64,000 nucleotides of DNA from Octopus vulgaris (Eukaryota), in the NCBI GenBank assembly GCA_951406725.2, contig OX597833.1, forward strand, positions 36,766,001 through 36,830,000, given 5' to 3'. Under the pieces are notes generated by a model. It was not told the DNA's origin, did no database searches, and saw only the letters and a list, made by a program, of their open reading frames with translations. Numbering within the stretch: position 1 is the first letter of the stretch; each line of letters begins with the position of its first letter. This document shows positions 42,528-56,972 of this stretch, in pieces. The position numbers were made by a program, and so were the translations under genes.

Positions 42528-42640
42528 CTCTCTTCCTCTTCCTCTTTCTCTCTCTCTCTCTCTCGCTTCCTCTTTCTCTCTCTTTTCATATCATCTCTGT
42601 CTATCAGGCCTTCTCTCTTTCATATTTATCTAGCTCCTTA
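41620..42640. repeat. Polypyrimidine tract with (CT)n, (TCTA)n and a ~36-bp minisatellite (~41960-42095)
   Basis: Unit TCTCTCTTTCTTCCCCATCCCCGTCTCTCTC... Confidence 0.85.
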
Positions 42641-43017
42641 ATTATCTTAGTTATCGCTTACCCACACTCTATTCACCCCATGCTCTCTCTATCTATCAGT
42701 TTATCAATTTATCTCCCTCTCACTTTCCTTCATATTCTTTCATGAACTCTCCCACACTCACTTTCGCTATTTCTCAATTCGCCATCATACACACTCTCTG
42801 TACACTCTTGTCTCTATCAATCCACCAATCGCCTCTACTCTCTCGCTTGACTCTGTCTTCCTCATATTATCTTTATCGGTTTACGCATTCTCTGTTCTGT
42901 TTCGCACTCGTCTATATCTCTCCTACTACATCATTATATAGTTGTTCCTCTATTTCCTCTGTCATATTCTGTGTATGTAATATTATTCTCTCTCTCTCTC
43001 CCTCTCTTTCTCTCTAT

Positions 43018-43068
<51 letters not shown>

Positions 43069-43410
43069 GGTATATATTTCTATGTACGTAAGTATATATG
43101 TTTGTATGTGTGTATATAATACTATCTCATAAAAATATAGCTTATGTATATATACCATATACTATATACATATATATAACATGCCTTATTATATACTATA
43201 TATACATACATTATATACTATATATGTATATACTATGTATTTTAGTACTATATATATATTATATATAATATATATATACATATATATAGTATATGATATA
43301 TTATTTATATTATATATTTGTAATGTGTGTGTGCGTGTGTACGTATGCATGTGTGTGAGTGTGTGCATGTGTGTGTGTGTCTGTGTCTGTATGTGTGTGT
43401 GTGTGTGTGT

Positions 43411-43441
<31 letters not shown>

Positions 43442-44159
43442 CGTATACCATCACATACACCCTTGCATTTCCCTATCAGATTATTTTTCCTTGAAACTTT
43501 CAAATCGAAAGAAAACACCAAAAATACATTTACTAATGAAATCACTAATGAAATCATACTATCATCATCTTTGCTTCATTTTTCTCTTTGCCTTATTTTC
43601 CTTCATTGACGTTTTTCTTTTTTTTTTCTATAGTAACCTTTACCCGTTTCCTTCTTCGTATGCCATTATTTTAATATCAACTTTTTTGTTGTTTCTCTGA
43701 TACATCATATATTTTTATTTAGTTTAAACCGTAGCTTCCATTTATTTTTTTATTTTTTTATCTTCCTTTTTATCGAATATGATTTATGTTTCGTTCTCTA
43801 TGTCTATCTTGTCTTTCTAGCTGTCGGTCTGTTGGACTCTCTGTCTATCTCCACGCACACACATACACACTCACACACACACACACATACATACACACAT
43901 ACATACATACATAGATACATACATACATACATACATACACACACACATACATACATACATACATACATACATACATACATACATACATACATACATACAT
44001 ACATACATACATACATACATACAGACATGCATGTATGCATACATGCAAACATACATACATACATACATACATACATACATACATACATACATACATACAT
44101 ACATACATGCATGCATACATACGTATATATGTAGGAGGGAGTTAGGGGGCTTGAAAGAA

Positions 44160-45300
44160 AGCCCCAGGTTTTCTTAGGCGATTCACCAGAATCAACGACC
44201 TCGATGTTAGAATCATGTTTCACGATGATTCCTCAAGAAAGATGGTTCAGTGTTTGATGTATGTATGAGGAGTTATAACAAGACTGAGGTTGCTGGACTC
44301 TTCAGATTCTATAGCCTTGATACTCTAAGGGAATACACACACCCTAATAGTTCGGTTCCATATTGGGATGATGGTTTAGAAATCTCAAGCTATGTTAACT
44401 GTCACTCCATGGAGAAGTTCAAGAAGAAGGTCTTCAAAGAATTCAGCCTATTTTATAACAGTAACCACTAATTTGACAAAGATCGGCTTCCTGTGCGTAA
44501 ACCTAGACCTGAGAATGAACAAGACCTTACAGTCATGTGAGGAAATTGTTAATAGTTATATCCACTCTACTCCCGGTTGTCATTGAAAATCTAGTCACAG
44601 GCATCAATAGAAGAATCTGAAGTCAATGCGCAAACAGCGAGATCGTCAACTGAGCCGCACCCGATTATAACGAATCATTAGCAAGGAATGGCTTTACCGA
44701 TAAGTCAGTATATATAAAGGACCCCAAGCCACCTCCGAATCCGAAGAAAGTCAGAAAGGGAATGATAATAATCTAATTCAATCCTCCATTAAAATTAAAA
44801 GTTCCAACCAATATAGCCAGGAGCTTCCTGGTGTTAATTAAAATGCATTTCCCTAGAACCCATAAAAATTATAAACTCTTCAATCACCATAATGTCAAGA
44901 TCAGTTACTCCTGTTTTGAGCACATCGCTTCAAACGTCGCAAAAGAGACAAATATGCACCTACACAGCTCCCAATCCATTCTTCAAACGGTAACCTCTGA
45001 AATTCTACCAGTTGCCAACTGGGAAGGCCCTGCCTCTTAAAGGCTGTAGTATATAGTGTACCCTCACACCATTCAATAGCATCATAAGACATGACGATGA
45101 GAACTTTGAGGGAATATATATATATACGGTACATGCACTTCTTCATGTGCAAATTTTTCCACCCTCTCGCTTCATCTGGAGAGTATTAGACCTTCGGAAT
45201 GACTTACTCAACATCCAGTGGAATATTCTTGACAGTGCTCTTCTTTACCTGAAGATAGCAATTGCTAACTGTCTCCATAAGAGACTACACATACTGCACC
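44160..45300 (+). mobile_element. Penelope-like element remnant (RT plus GIY-YIG region)
   Basis: FDVCMRSYNKTEV (cf. FDVTMGSYDGAEV), YWDDGL, TNLTKIGFLCVNLDL, GINRRI, AAPDYNESL..NGF, I*FNPP...TNIARSFLVLIKMHFP...KLFNHHNVKISYSC, CL..AVVY, IQWNILD. Confidence 0.9.
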
Positions 45301-45302
45301 AA

Positions 45303-45537
45303 CCTAAGGTATTTTTCGATGTTGTTGTTATTGTTGTTGTTGTTGTTGTTAATAAAAATAATAACATCGAAAAATACCTTGGGAATGAGAACCCAGGTTC
45401 GAAATTTGCCCAAGACACCTGATGAAAGCTGGAGGGTATATCAGCCGAAACGTTGTGTTAACAACAAACAAGATGAGGACAAATATCCGTCAAATGTAAA
45501 TAATGTACATAATTCCTCATCTCTTAAATGTAGAACT
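45303..45537 (+). mobile_element. Family B short element with short inverted 5' duplication and HHR
   Basis: AAGGTATTTTTCGATGTT (45306-23) / AACATCGAAAAATACCTT (45363-80). A second copy lies at 35343-35509. Confidence 0.85.
45414..45459 (+). ncRNA. Minimal type I hammerhead motif
   Basis: Stem I GACAC/GTGTT; CTGATGA 45419-25; stem II (A)GCTGG/TCAGC(C); GAAA 45447-50; CG; triplet GUU. Confidence 0.75.
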
Positions 45538-46313
45538 CTACTTAAACCACATTCTTCCTTCTTTCTCTAGTTTCCTTCATTCTGCCATCTCTAACTTGCG
45601 CACACCGTCCCTGCCCCGCCAGCTCATAAGTAGATATTCTGAATACTCAGCTGACAGCATCAAAAAGTTGTTCTACTCTCGACAAACCAGCCACACTTTA
45701 TTCAACTCATATGAAATTTATATACATCAACCTCCACTTGGTCTCTGAGCTAAGGGACAAACTAGTCAATAAAAATAATCACCAGCTTTGGTTTTTGTCT
45801 TTCAAAGATCATTCACAAATATATTCCTTATGCATGTGGGCATGTGTATTTTGCTTCTGTGTGCTTGTATGTATAAATACACCTACATGTGTGTGCATGC
45901 GCGTGTGCGTGTGTGTTTGTGTGTGTGTGTGTTTGTGTGTGTGTGTGCGTGTGTGTATGTGCACAAGGCAAAAATATATACCTGCCTGTAATAGTCGAAT
46001 ATGTCTATTTATTTTTCAAGATAATTAACGAGTAATATACCTAGCTTCATCATTTATCACATTCCGTTTTCCTTTCTCTTTCATTATGTTGTTTTTTGTT
46101 TCCTTGTGTTCGTGTGTGCATGTATGTGTGCATGTGTGTGAGTGTGTGTGCGCGCGCCCACATGTCCCAGTAGAGCTGCCGGTGCTACGAAGTCTACCGG
46201 GTTTCGTGACAGCCCTTGCAGTTATGAAAAAAAAACATACGCATACGTACTCCCTTTTAGATTCTCGCACGCATACATTATGATTACACATGTACTCATA
46301 CACACAAACACAA

Positions 46314-46344
<31 letters not shown>

Positions 46345-47459
46345 AACACACACATATACATATATAAAACAAAGACGAAGAAAGGTACATTAAATATTAA
46401 ACAATTAAATTCTTGATTTATTTGAATATTGAAATCGTCATTGCTTCGAGGAAAGGTAAACTATCGTGTAGTGGCAACTACAACCGACTGCGAATGAGAA
46501 GGGGAGATTTTCTCCAAAATAGGAATTCTCTGGAACTGAATGACATAAAAAAAACACCGTGGTGTTTTTTCCTGGAGACAAGAGGACATCTGGAGATTTG
46601 TATCATGGCATGCATTATGTTAATTCCAGCAAAAATTATTGCGAGTAGACGGCTAAGATAGAGGAAATAGAGTGTGGGAAGCATTGCCATTGGAGGTATG
46701 CCATAGTTGAGAGAGAAAGAGGGACAGAGAGAGAGACAGAGAGAAAGAGAAAGAGAGAGAGATTAGATTGTCAAGAACTAAATGGTTGCAATGGTTCAGG
46801 AGAAGAAAGATAGATAAAAGAAACGATTTTGCTTTCACTGAATATCTCAAGTATGATAGATGACTAGAGAGGGACTTAGGAGTAGGAGTGCATGTTACCA
46901 GTGTATTTGATAAATGAGGAACAGAGTCTCTAGTAAGTGAAGGGGGTGTTTGTTAGCAATTATTTCCAATATTGTTGAAGTTAGTGTTATGAGTTAGTAG
47001 TTGGTAGATTGAGAAGATTGCATTCTTAGAAATGAGACACGCAGTAGCATGCTTTCAAACATTGGAACAGACTCTAGAAGAAATAAATGTGAAAGAAAGA
47101 GAAGAAAGATTGTCTAACATATTAGATTAGAGCGATATGAGGTTTTTATCGCATTTTTTCGTAGCCGCTTGCAGGTGGCTACCCGACTTGTAGCATGGTG
47201 AAGAAGAGTTTTCGGGAAGTTCTATTAAATACATAGTATACACATATAGACATACATATCTATAAATATCTATGTTAACATATGTAGTAGTCATTCAAAC
47301 ATGGCAAATTTAATTATTTCTTCGGAGATTGAACAAAAGTTACGAACAGCTTTAATAGAATTTCCAACCTTACTGGGTTTTCGACGGGGGTGTCTACATC
47401 ATTTGACCAATACCAGAGAAACAAGTAGCCAGTCTGTTTATATGCACAACACATCCAAT

Positions 47460-47619
<160 letters not shown>

Positions 47620-48519
47620 GTATATATATATATATATACATGCATGAATCTTTGTATCGATATATACACACATACCCATGCATGTGCATATAGAAACACA
47701 CACATTCAGACACATGTGTGTATGTGTATGTGTGTGTGTGCATGTGTGTGTGCGTACATGTATGTGTGCACGCGCGAGTGTGTATACAATGTGTCTGTAT
47801 GTGTACAATGCGTCCCAAAAAATTGGTATATTATGTAAAATTTGGGTATTTGTTGTTAGTTAAGTCGGAAGCACAACATTCCAAATCGATTGGTCTCACT
47901 GAATCTAAACTCATCTGCTCCCAATATTTTGATGATTTAAGCTAATGTTCGTGGTTTCTATGCAGTAGTTTAAGATCCAATATCTTAGACGGTTAAGATA
48001 TAATATCTGAACGTACAAAATGCATAATAGAGGGAATTGGTCAAAAAATGAAAATGCGGCTACAAATGTCAATAAGAACTCTATAGGAACTCATTTGACT
48101 TGAACGACTGGATGATTATGTTGTAACATTGACGAAACTAAACTAACGACACTACTTAGATGTGATGTGAGCCCAAGTAGTCTCTATTATTATATATATG
48201 CCTGTCTCAGCGTGTATGCGCGCGTAGGTGCTGTAAATATATATATATACATATTCATAATATACATACATATAAACATATATATAAATGTATATATATC
48301 ATATATATATTTTTTTTTAATATTTTATCTAGTTTCAGCTCACGAGCTATGACCATGCTGGGGCACCGCCATTATATATATCATATATATATCATATATA
48401 TATATATATAATGTGTGTGTGTGCATGTATGTATGTATGTATATAGACATAAACACACACATATATACAGCATTTAATGATGTATATATGCACACATGCA
48501 CGCACAATATATACATCAT

Positions 48520-48735
48520 TTAATGTACCCCGTATTAAAATAAGATCTGCTAATTATTTCTTGCCATTGAGACACGTGGTTAGGCAGAGTTTCATAACGT
48601 ACCTTATATCTCCAGCCATTCTTCGAAGTCAAGATTACTTGGAGACACAAGGCACGTTATAAAAATTTGCCTTACAACATGTCTCAGTGGCAATTGAAAA
48701 TTAGTAGATCTTATTTTCAATACAATGTACATTAA
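48520..48735. mobile_element. Fold-back MITE-like element
   Basis: Imperfect ~95-bp arms: AAAATAAGATCTGCTAATT...ATAACGTACCTT / AAGGCACGTTAT...AATTAGTAGATCTTATTTT. Confidence 0.7.
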
Positions 48736-48778
48736 ATGGTATTTATCTCTCACAAGACAATGTACTTTTACGTTGATC

Positions 48779-49130
<352 letters not shown>

Positions 49131-49451
49131 TGGATTATATGGAAATGCTTGTGTAGATGTGTTAAAAGCATAGTGTTCAGTATATGTAATGCCAACGTGT
49201 ATATGTGTATATAAGCGTGTCTCTGTGTCGTACACAAAAATTCTTTTCGATCTGAAAGAACTTGTAATCTACCACATAATTTCCCTTATTACTTTAAATA
49301 CTTTCACGGCAGTGTCACACAGACGTAATACTCACAAACACACAAATACGCACGCACGTACACACGCACACATGCTATAGCAATAACACCAATTCATACA
49401 CTCAACACACACATGTAGTCAGTACTCACACATGATGCAATTCCAACCTTC

Positions 49452-49558
49452 TGTCAAAGTTCAACTTTGACACACGACACACCTGTGCATCTTCAACGAG
49501 CGTTTTCATCTTTAATGACGTCATACTTTGGTTGCCCATAACAACCAACCGGCAGCTG
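49452..49558. promoter_or_regulatory. Candidate cis-regulatory module (palindrome, CRE, X-box-like, E-box)
   Basis: TGTCAAAGTT-C-AACTTTGACA 49452-72; TGACGTCA 49516-23; GTTGCCCATAACAAC 49531-45; CAGCTG 49553-58. Confidence 0.4.
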
Positions 49559-49809
49559 GTATATGTACTTCCGAAGAAGTCGATAGATTGTGACTAATGG
49601 GGAAGATGACGACGCCAACGACAACTACAAGACGAAGGGAGAGAAAAGATGAAACGAAAGATGTGAGAAAGAAAAATCAAAGAGAAGCAATGAGTAAAAA
49701 AATGACGATGATGACGATGATGACGATAATTATGACCTCGTTGATGTTGATGGTGTCAGAGGCGTTATGGTACTGAAAATTGCTTCTGTTTTAATGAAGA
49801 AAATAATAA

Positions 49810-50160
49810 TGAGAAGGAGGAAGAGAAGGAGGAGGAAGTGGAGAAGGAGGTGAAGGAAGAGGAGGTAGAAGAGGATAGAGTGAAGGAGGAGGAGGTAGAA
49901 GAGGATAAAGTGAAAGAGGAGGAGGTAGAAGAGGATAGAGGGGAGGACGAGGAGGTAGAAGACGATAGAGGGAAGGAGGAGAAAATGGTGGAAGATGAGG
50001 TGGCAGTCAAAGTGGAAGAGGTGGAAGAGAAAGAAGTGGAAGACGAGGAGGAAGAGGAGGAAGAGGAGGAGAGAAGGTGGGAGGAGGAAATGGGGGTGTT
50101 AGAAATGGAGCAACAGAAGGAGGAGGGGAAATGGATGAGGTGGAGGAGGAGGTGGTGATG
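49810..50160. repeat. Purine-rich low-complexity tract with 30-bp minisatellite
   Basis: GTGAAGGAGGAGGAGGTAGAAGAGGATAGA about 4 times at 49850-49975. Confidence 0.9.
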
Positions 50161-51789
50161 GTTATTAACGACTGATGATGGTGACAGTGGTGTTGACGGA
50201 ATGTCAGTGATGGCGTTCACGGTAACATTGTTCCTTCAAAACATATTTCCAGCTGTTTCTACATCAATACTTTATCTGTAAAAGAGGGGATTCTTGTTAT
50301 TGATAATCCCACTATATCATGTCCTAATTTTACTCACTCCAGAGATACGAAAAGCAAATTTGAACAGTGAACTTACGCGGAATAAACTAAATACGGGGAA
50401 ACATTTTATCCTCTAATTTTGCAGAAAAATAATTTCTACCATTGGAACTGTATCTCGAAGGAAGACAGTTAATTTGATTGGACTCAGTATCTGCCCGGGG
50501 TTCATGGTTTATTCTAGAATGACAAACAATGAAAACAACCCTGAAAAATTTTGAATTCAGCAGATATAGGTGCAAAGTATTGTCTTCATTTTGAGATTTG
50601 CATTCGAAAGAGAATACTTGACTGGATCAACCCATTTGAATTCTTGATCCTAAATTTCAAAGATCGTAGGATTGAATATTCTTGAAATTTTTAGTGATTC
50701 TTCTTTCTTTCGTTTCTTTCTTCTTTTTTTTTTTTTTTTTTAGGATGACACTATTCCATGTCACATGAATGTATACCTCTTAATCGATTGGTTCGTCACT
50801 GTATGACTGGCAATTGTTTTTAGATCTCAGTAGGGTTTTAAAGCAAGGTCAATACTACTTGGATTTGATTTCAAAATGTTGTGCGGTGAAACGAAGCATT
50901 ACTTTTTTACTTTCTGTGAAATAGACTTCCAGTTCACCACCATTATGTAATAATCACCGTCGTCAACGACAACAACAATGCAAACATATTTTTTGGAAGA
51001 GAGGAGATTCCAACTCAGATTGCAACCGATACATATTTTAACCAATTAAATAATGAATGAAAGTACGACATCGACACTATTTGACCTCAGAACATAAAAG
51101 GACACACTGGATACCTAACATTCAGACACAAAGCCAGAATTTTAGCAAAAGGGTTAAGTCAATTAAATTTACCTCAGTACTTACCTGGCACTTTTATTTT
51201 ATTGACCCCCAAATAAAAGGAAACGTTGACCTCCGTAGAAATTAAACTCTAAAGTTAGGTACCATAACAAACACAATAAAGAGTGTCTTACGATTGGTGG
51301 ACTCGTAAGACACTCTTACGATTCCAGTAATCAATGGCTAAAAGTATGAAGTCACGCCAAACACAAACGCGGCTCAAAGTCAAAGAAAACAAAGCAAGTT
51401 TAAAAAATAAAAGTAACATACATCAGCACCAATATTACAAAAAGCATTAAAACAATAGATGCTGACTCAGGATTTATAAAAGAAAGCTATTATGTGTAGC
51501 GCATTATGTGTAGTCAAAGCATTAGTAGTTGTGTCTGCCGAAAAGGTTAAGTTCTCAATGAAAAGATTTACATAATAAAACATAAGCTACAAGGAAATGA
51601 TAGACCAAACAATAGTATCTAGACGTGCTACGCACATGCTACACATACTGCTTATGAACCCAGATTTCTAGAGAAATAAAAAAAATAATAAGATCTCAGA
51701 AAAAGAAGTGGAGTTTTGCATGTAAAGAATACACTATGGGAATAAAAAAAAGAGAACCACAGAAATATATATTCCCATGAGACAATAAG

Positions 51790-51970
51790 AGAGCGTCTGA
51801 GTGTTCATTCGACCTCTAGATGGGGTATCCTGATCTCCCTACCGTCTTGAAAATATCGAAATATTGTATAATTTAGCTATAGATGTGTAAAATTACAAGA
51901 CGGTCACGGCTAGCAATTTTGATCGGGGATCTCCTCAATTTGTGGTTGATCCGGGTTTTAAACAACAACC
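51790..51970 (+). repeat. Degenerate interspersed repeat 3' part; a related inverted copy lies at ~53541-53700
   Basis: Shared ATAAT(T/G)TAG...GA(C/T)GGTCA(C/T)G(G/A)CT segment; ends in (AAC)n. Confidence 0.4.
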
Positions 51971-52811
51971 AGCCAAAAGAAATTCCCTCAGATGAACGTA
52001 TCACAACTGAACTCACTAAAGACAAAATACTTGAGCTACAACTAGAAAAAACAATACAATGTATGAATGCTCAAAATGTAATGGAATATAAAGCAATGTA
52101 ATCTGTTACATCGAAAAAACGAGACATCGCAACAAAAAACCCAGATGATGACCATACACGATCTCATGAAAATTGTGTTATGAATCCCTGGCTACACAAT
52201 GATATCCACGTAACAACCTAGTTACACAATAATATTCACGTAACAAATATGGTAGTAAGCATTCGGCAACATACCACACTTCTGGATAATGTAGACACGA
52301 TGCAGAAATAAAGCATACTCTTTTCTAAGGTAGTTAGTTATTCAAGTCATTGTTATTAATGAAAAACAGCATTAATGCAGTATGATAAATATCATAGAAT
52401 ATGATGAAAATAAGAGTAGTTCTAGCGCCTCAAGTAAGCGATTTTTTAAGGTGATTTATTTTCCATCTTACTTTTCCCTCAAGCATTGACTTCTTTTAAT
52501 ATATCTGTTGAACGGTACCATTAATAGCTATTCATGATATAAGCAAACTATAAACTAAGTCGATTATGTGGGTGGTGTTACATATAGGACTATAGATTCA
52601 ATAGTAATGCCAAAATGAGTACAGATTCTACAAATGTACCAAAGTTGCTTTAAAAGAAATAAATTAACTGAAAATATCAAGTGAGACTTTGTGGTTGAAA
52701 TCGGAGAATTAGAACAAATCCATTTACTTAACAGTAAATGAAAACATTTATTTAGTCATTGGTGAAACTGTTAAGAAAAACATCGTAATTTGAATTCAGG
52801 GCGCAAAGTCA

Positions 52812-53007
52812 CATTCTAATACAGGCAGAAGTCCTGAAATTTGGGGGGATTGAGCTAGTCGATTACATCGACCCCAATGCTCAACTGGTACTTAATTTAT
52901 CGACCCCGAAAGGATGAAAGGTAAAGTCGACCTCAGAACGAAAGAGTGGACGAAATGCCGCTAGGCATTTGCTAAACGTTCTAACAATTCTGCTAATCCA
53001 CCGGCCT
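52812..53007 (-). mobile_element. SINE family M with internal deletion
   Basis: TTTATCGACCCCGAAAGGATGAAAGGTAAAGTCGACCTC is joined to AGAACG. Confidence 0.88.
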
Positions 53008-53320
53008 AGGAGAAGATGATGGTGGTAATGATGGTGATGACGACGACGGCGATGATGATGATGATCACAACAGATAAACTCCAGGCAAAACTAAAACCTC
53101 AATACAATTTTATTCTCTGATTTAAGTTATTTTCTCTTCGCGAATGCTGCTAATGATTTTAGGAAAGCTATGAATGACACAACTTCTCATTCTCCTCAGC
53201 TCTTGCCTACAAAAATTATCGATAGATCTACAGAGGATGCTGATAGAGGGAATATTTTTGTGCTAGTAGCAGAGGTGTTATGGTAGCAGCAAGGATAACA
53301 AATATCGATAGTTGGCGGCG

Positions 53321-53470
53321 TGACGTCATCGTGGTAACTATAGCAATACACGTGTGTAAGGAGGCTGACGCCACAGTGGTTGCTATAGTAACGGATATGA
53401 ACATAGGGGGAGAGTGACATCATAGCGGTTGTTCAAGTGAACATGTAGTGTGTTGAATGACGTCACGATG
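53321..53470. promoter_or_regulatory. Tandem CRE + RFX X-box array (3-4 units, period 43-49 bp)
   Basis: TGACGTCA-5nt-GTAACTATAGCAAT; TGACGCCA-5nt-GTTGCTATAGTAAC; TGACATCA-5nt-GTTGTTCAAGTGAAC; TGACGTCA. Confidence 0.55.
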
Positions 53471-54569
53471 CTAGTCAAGAGTGCATGTGGTAAAATGGGC
53501 GAGGTCAGGTGGGTACAAATTAGTTGTTGTCACCTCTCATGAAACGTATTCCAGTCATGACCATCCCATCCCTTTATAGGTATGTAGAACTACATTATTG
53601 AATATGCTTGTTTTTTTTTATGTGAGATGGCAAGCTGCGATTTCATTGAGATTTGGCTACCATTTCAAATAGATCGAAATACTGTATAGAGGCTGTTTGG
53701 TTGATTTAAAATAACCATATTAGTAGGAAGCACCTGTAACAGTCGAAGTCGCTGTGGTTGCTAATATCAATAGTACGACTTGTAGATATCATGGTGGTCA
53801 GTCATTGATACCTCATGTAGTTGTGTACTGGTAGTTGTTGTTGTATTGAATATATAGGATACGTATAGTAATTGCAGATACGACATGACATTTGTTGGAT
53901 ATAGTTGTGAAAGCTACAGTAGCTGCATTTGTGTGTGTGTGTGTGTGTGTTTCAGTGCGTACGTGCGTGTGTGCGTGCGTTTGTGTATTGGACGAAACAC
54001 CAATACTATTACGTGTAAATATAGTAATGATAACAAGACTATATGTTTAGGAGTCGTGCTGGTAACAATAATCCTATTACATGTGTGCACTGAGGTGGCA
54101 CAGCAATGCTATATATATGCATAAACGTAGCAGCTAGAGTAACACAAGAGCGGGTTTATAGGAAGTTATTGCATGGAGATGGTCATTATAAAAGTCGCTG
54201 CAGAATCCACATATGGAAAACAATGGCCATTGTAGCGGTACTAATATTACTACATAATAGGCAAAATGATGAACTTGATGCATATAACAATTCTACCACA
54301 TAGTGTAGGTATAGCAACGGTGATTCTTTGGTTAAGGAGTAGTTCCATACGTGATAATTGTAGAGGTAGCCCTTGTAGTAGTGACAGACACTGAAGTGTG
54401 TGGCAGGCAGGGTGTAGCAATAGTATCAGATTTTAGAGTATGGTAGAAACAAATGTGGTAGAGAATGCCAGTCCCTCTGGCCCTCTCTATGCGGTAGAAC
54501 CATGGATGGATGGTCATTGCTGTAGCGTTATGGTGCCAGTTGTGCTGGTGATAGTAGCGATAAAAATAT

Positions 54570-54845
<276 letters not shown>

Positions 54846-55090
54846 TCCAACTTTGCTGAAACTACTACTATTGATAAGGAAAGCAGTTTGCAGTGTTACT
54901 AATACTACTATAAGGCACCACTACTACTACTACAACGGTACATACGATAATACCGATACTATCTAATAGGATGATTATTAGTGGTATTACTAATAGTGGT
55001 GCGTATGCTATTACTATAGCCATTACATCACTAGTACACACTTATCCCTCTGCAACCAGAACTATTGCCGCTGCTGCTATGCCTAATTAC

Positions 55091-55104
55091 TAGCGCCACC
55101 TATG
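55091..55104 (-). promoter_or_regulatory. Partial CTCF-like motif
   Basis: Minus strand CATAGGTGGCGCTA matches the AG(A/G)(T/G)GGCGC half, but the 5' CCAC part is absent. Confidence 0.25.
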
Positions 55105-55164
55105 TCGGTAGGCAACAATAGAGTACTTTTGATTGGCGTTGCCTTTTAATGGAAGTGGAGGACG

Positions 55165-55198
<34 letters not shown>

Positions 55199-55243
55199 AC
55201 TGAGAAAGTGAGAAAAACGTGAGAGTGTGTGTGAGGGGTGACT

Positions 55244-55298
<55 letters not shown>

Positions 55299-55418
55299 AC
55301 ACAAACAAGTAAAGGAAAGTAAGGAAACGGTAATAGGTGTTCAAATACGACGATGCTTGTTGCAGAAACAGCAGCAGTAGCAACATCAATGACTACTACT
55401 ACTACTACTACTATTACA

Positions 55419-55472
<54 letters not shown>

Positions 55473-55484
55473 GCTGCTGCTGCA

Positions 55485-55521
<37 letters not shown>

Positions 55522-56435
55522 TTGCTGCTGCTACTGCTAGTGTAGCTACTCGTGCTGCTGAAGTTGTTGCTCTTACGCTACTACTACTACAACTACTACT
55601 TCTGCTACAACTACTACTACTACTACTACTAATACCACTACTACTCAACGTTATCAATAATTGCAGTAGAGTTGCAGCAGCAAAATTACTGCTGACACTG
55701 CTGCAATGGTAACTGCTCCCGTTTTCATGCAAAATATGCACAATGTATGCGTAAGTATGTATGTATACATGTATGTATGTATGTATGTATGTATGGTGCA
55801 CCAGCATGGCCACAGTATCTCGTAGAAACCAGAGATAGGATAGTATTTTTACATAACACGCACAACATGCATACAAAAACATACACAATCATACGCATGA
55901 ATATACATGCATGTGTGTATGTGTGTGTGTACGTGCGTATGTGTGTGTGTGTGTGCGTGCTTGTGTATGTGTGTACGTTTGTATGTGTATATCTTGCACT
56001 AAAGCATTCAAGCGCCTAAACATGTAGAGAGGGAAAAGACGAAAGGAACTATGCCTTAATGGGAGTGAAAGAGAAAGACTTAAGTCAAGGAACGGCAAAG
56101 AAAGATAGAAAGATAGAAACGAAATAAGGAACGATGTAACAGATTTTAATGGGGAAAAAAAAAACCATTGATGAGAGAAAGCGAAAATGGGAAACGTTCA
56201 TATAATAATTAAAATAATTATAATAATAATGATAGATGTAATGGATGATGATAAACTGTAAAAGACGCTAGCAGTTGGTGAGCGCCAATATATGTATGCA
56301 AATTTGCTTACGTGTATGTGTGTATGCGTGTATGTGTGTGTTTATACAGTCATATAGATAGATAGGTAGATAGATAAATAGATAGATAAATACAGACACT
56401 CACCCACTCATCCTTACATACATGTGCATACATAA

Positions 56436-56493
<58 letters not shown>

Positions 56494-56593
56494 TATGCAC
56501 ATGTATATATACGCACTATATCATCATACATATCGATTACATGTACATACATATATATGCATGAATATATATATATATATATACATACATACA

Positions 56594-56629
<36 letters not shown>

Positions 56630-56918
56630 CACACACACACACACGTATACACACCATATATATAGACGTGCTTACATACCATTTTTATAACACTACATAC
56701 ATATGCATGCCTTATAGATATGTCTATGTTTGCGTGAGTGTATGTACACACACACACACACACACAATGCATACATATATTTGTTTACATGTGTCTGTGT
56801 GTTTAAATATGTATTCATATATATATAGATGTGCGTGTATGTGTGTGTATGCGTGCGTGTGTGTGTGTGTGTGTGTATGCGTGCGTGCGTGCGTGTGTGT
56901 GTGTGTGCGTGCGTGCGT

Positions 56919-56972
<54 letters not shown>

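Noticed and set aside
47805-47830. Tc1-like TIR start TACAATGCGTCCCAAAAA
   Set aside because: No matching opposite TIR or transposase trace found.
49838-50158. Glu-rich 106-aa ORF
   Set aside because: A purine-rich minisatellite open by composition, starting at GTG with no splice support.
51279-51317. 15-bp-arm hairpin AAGAGTGTCTTACGA/TCGTAAGACACTCTT as a terminator
   Set aside because: Eukaryotic context at the edge of a decayed SINE; probably a local template-switch scar.
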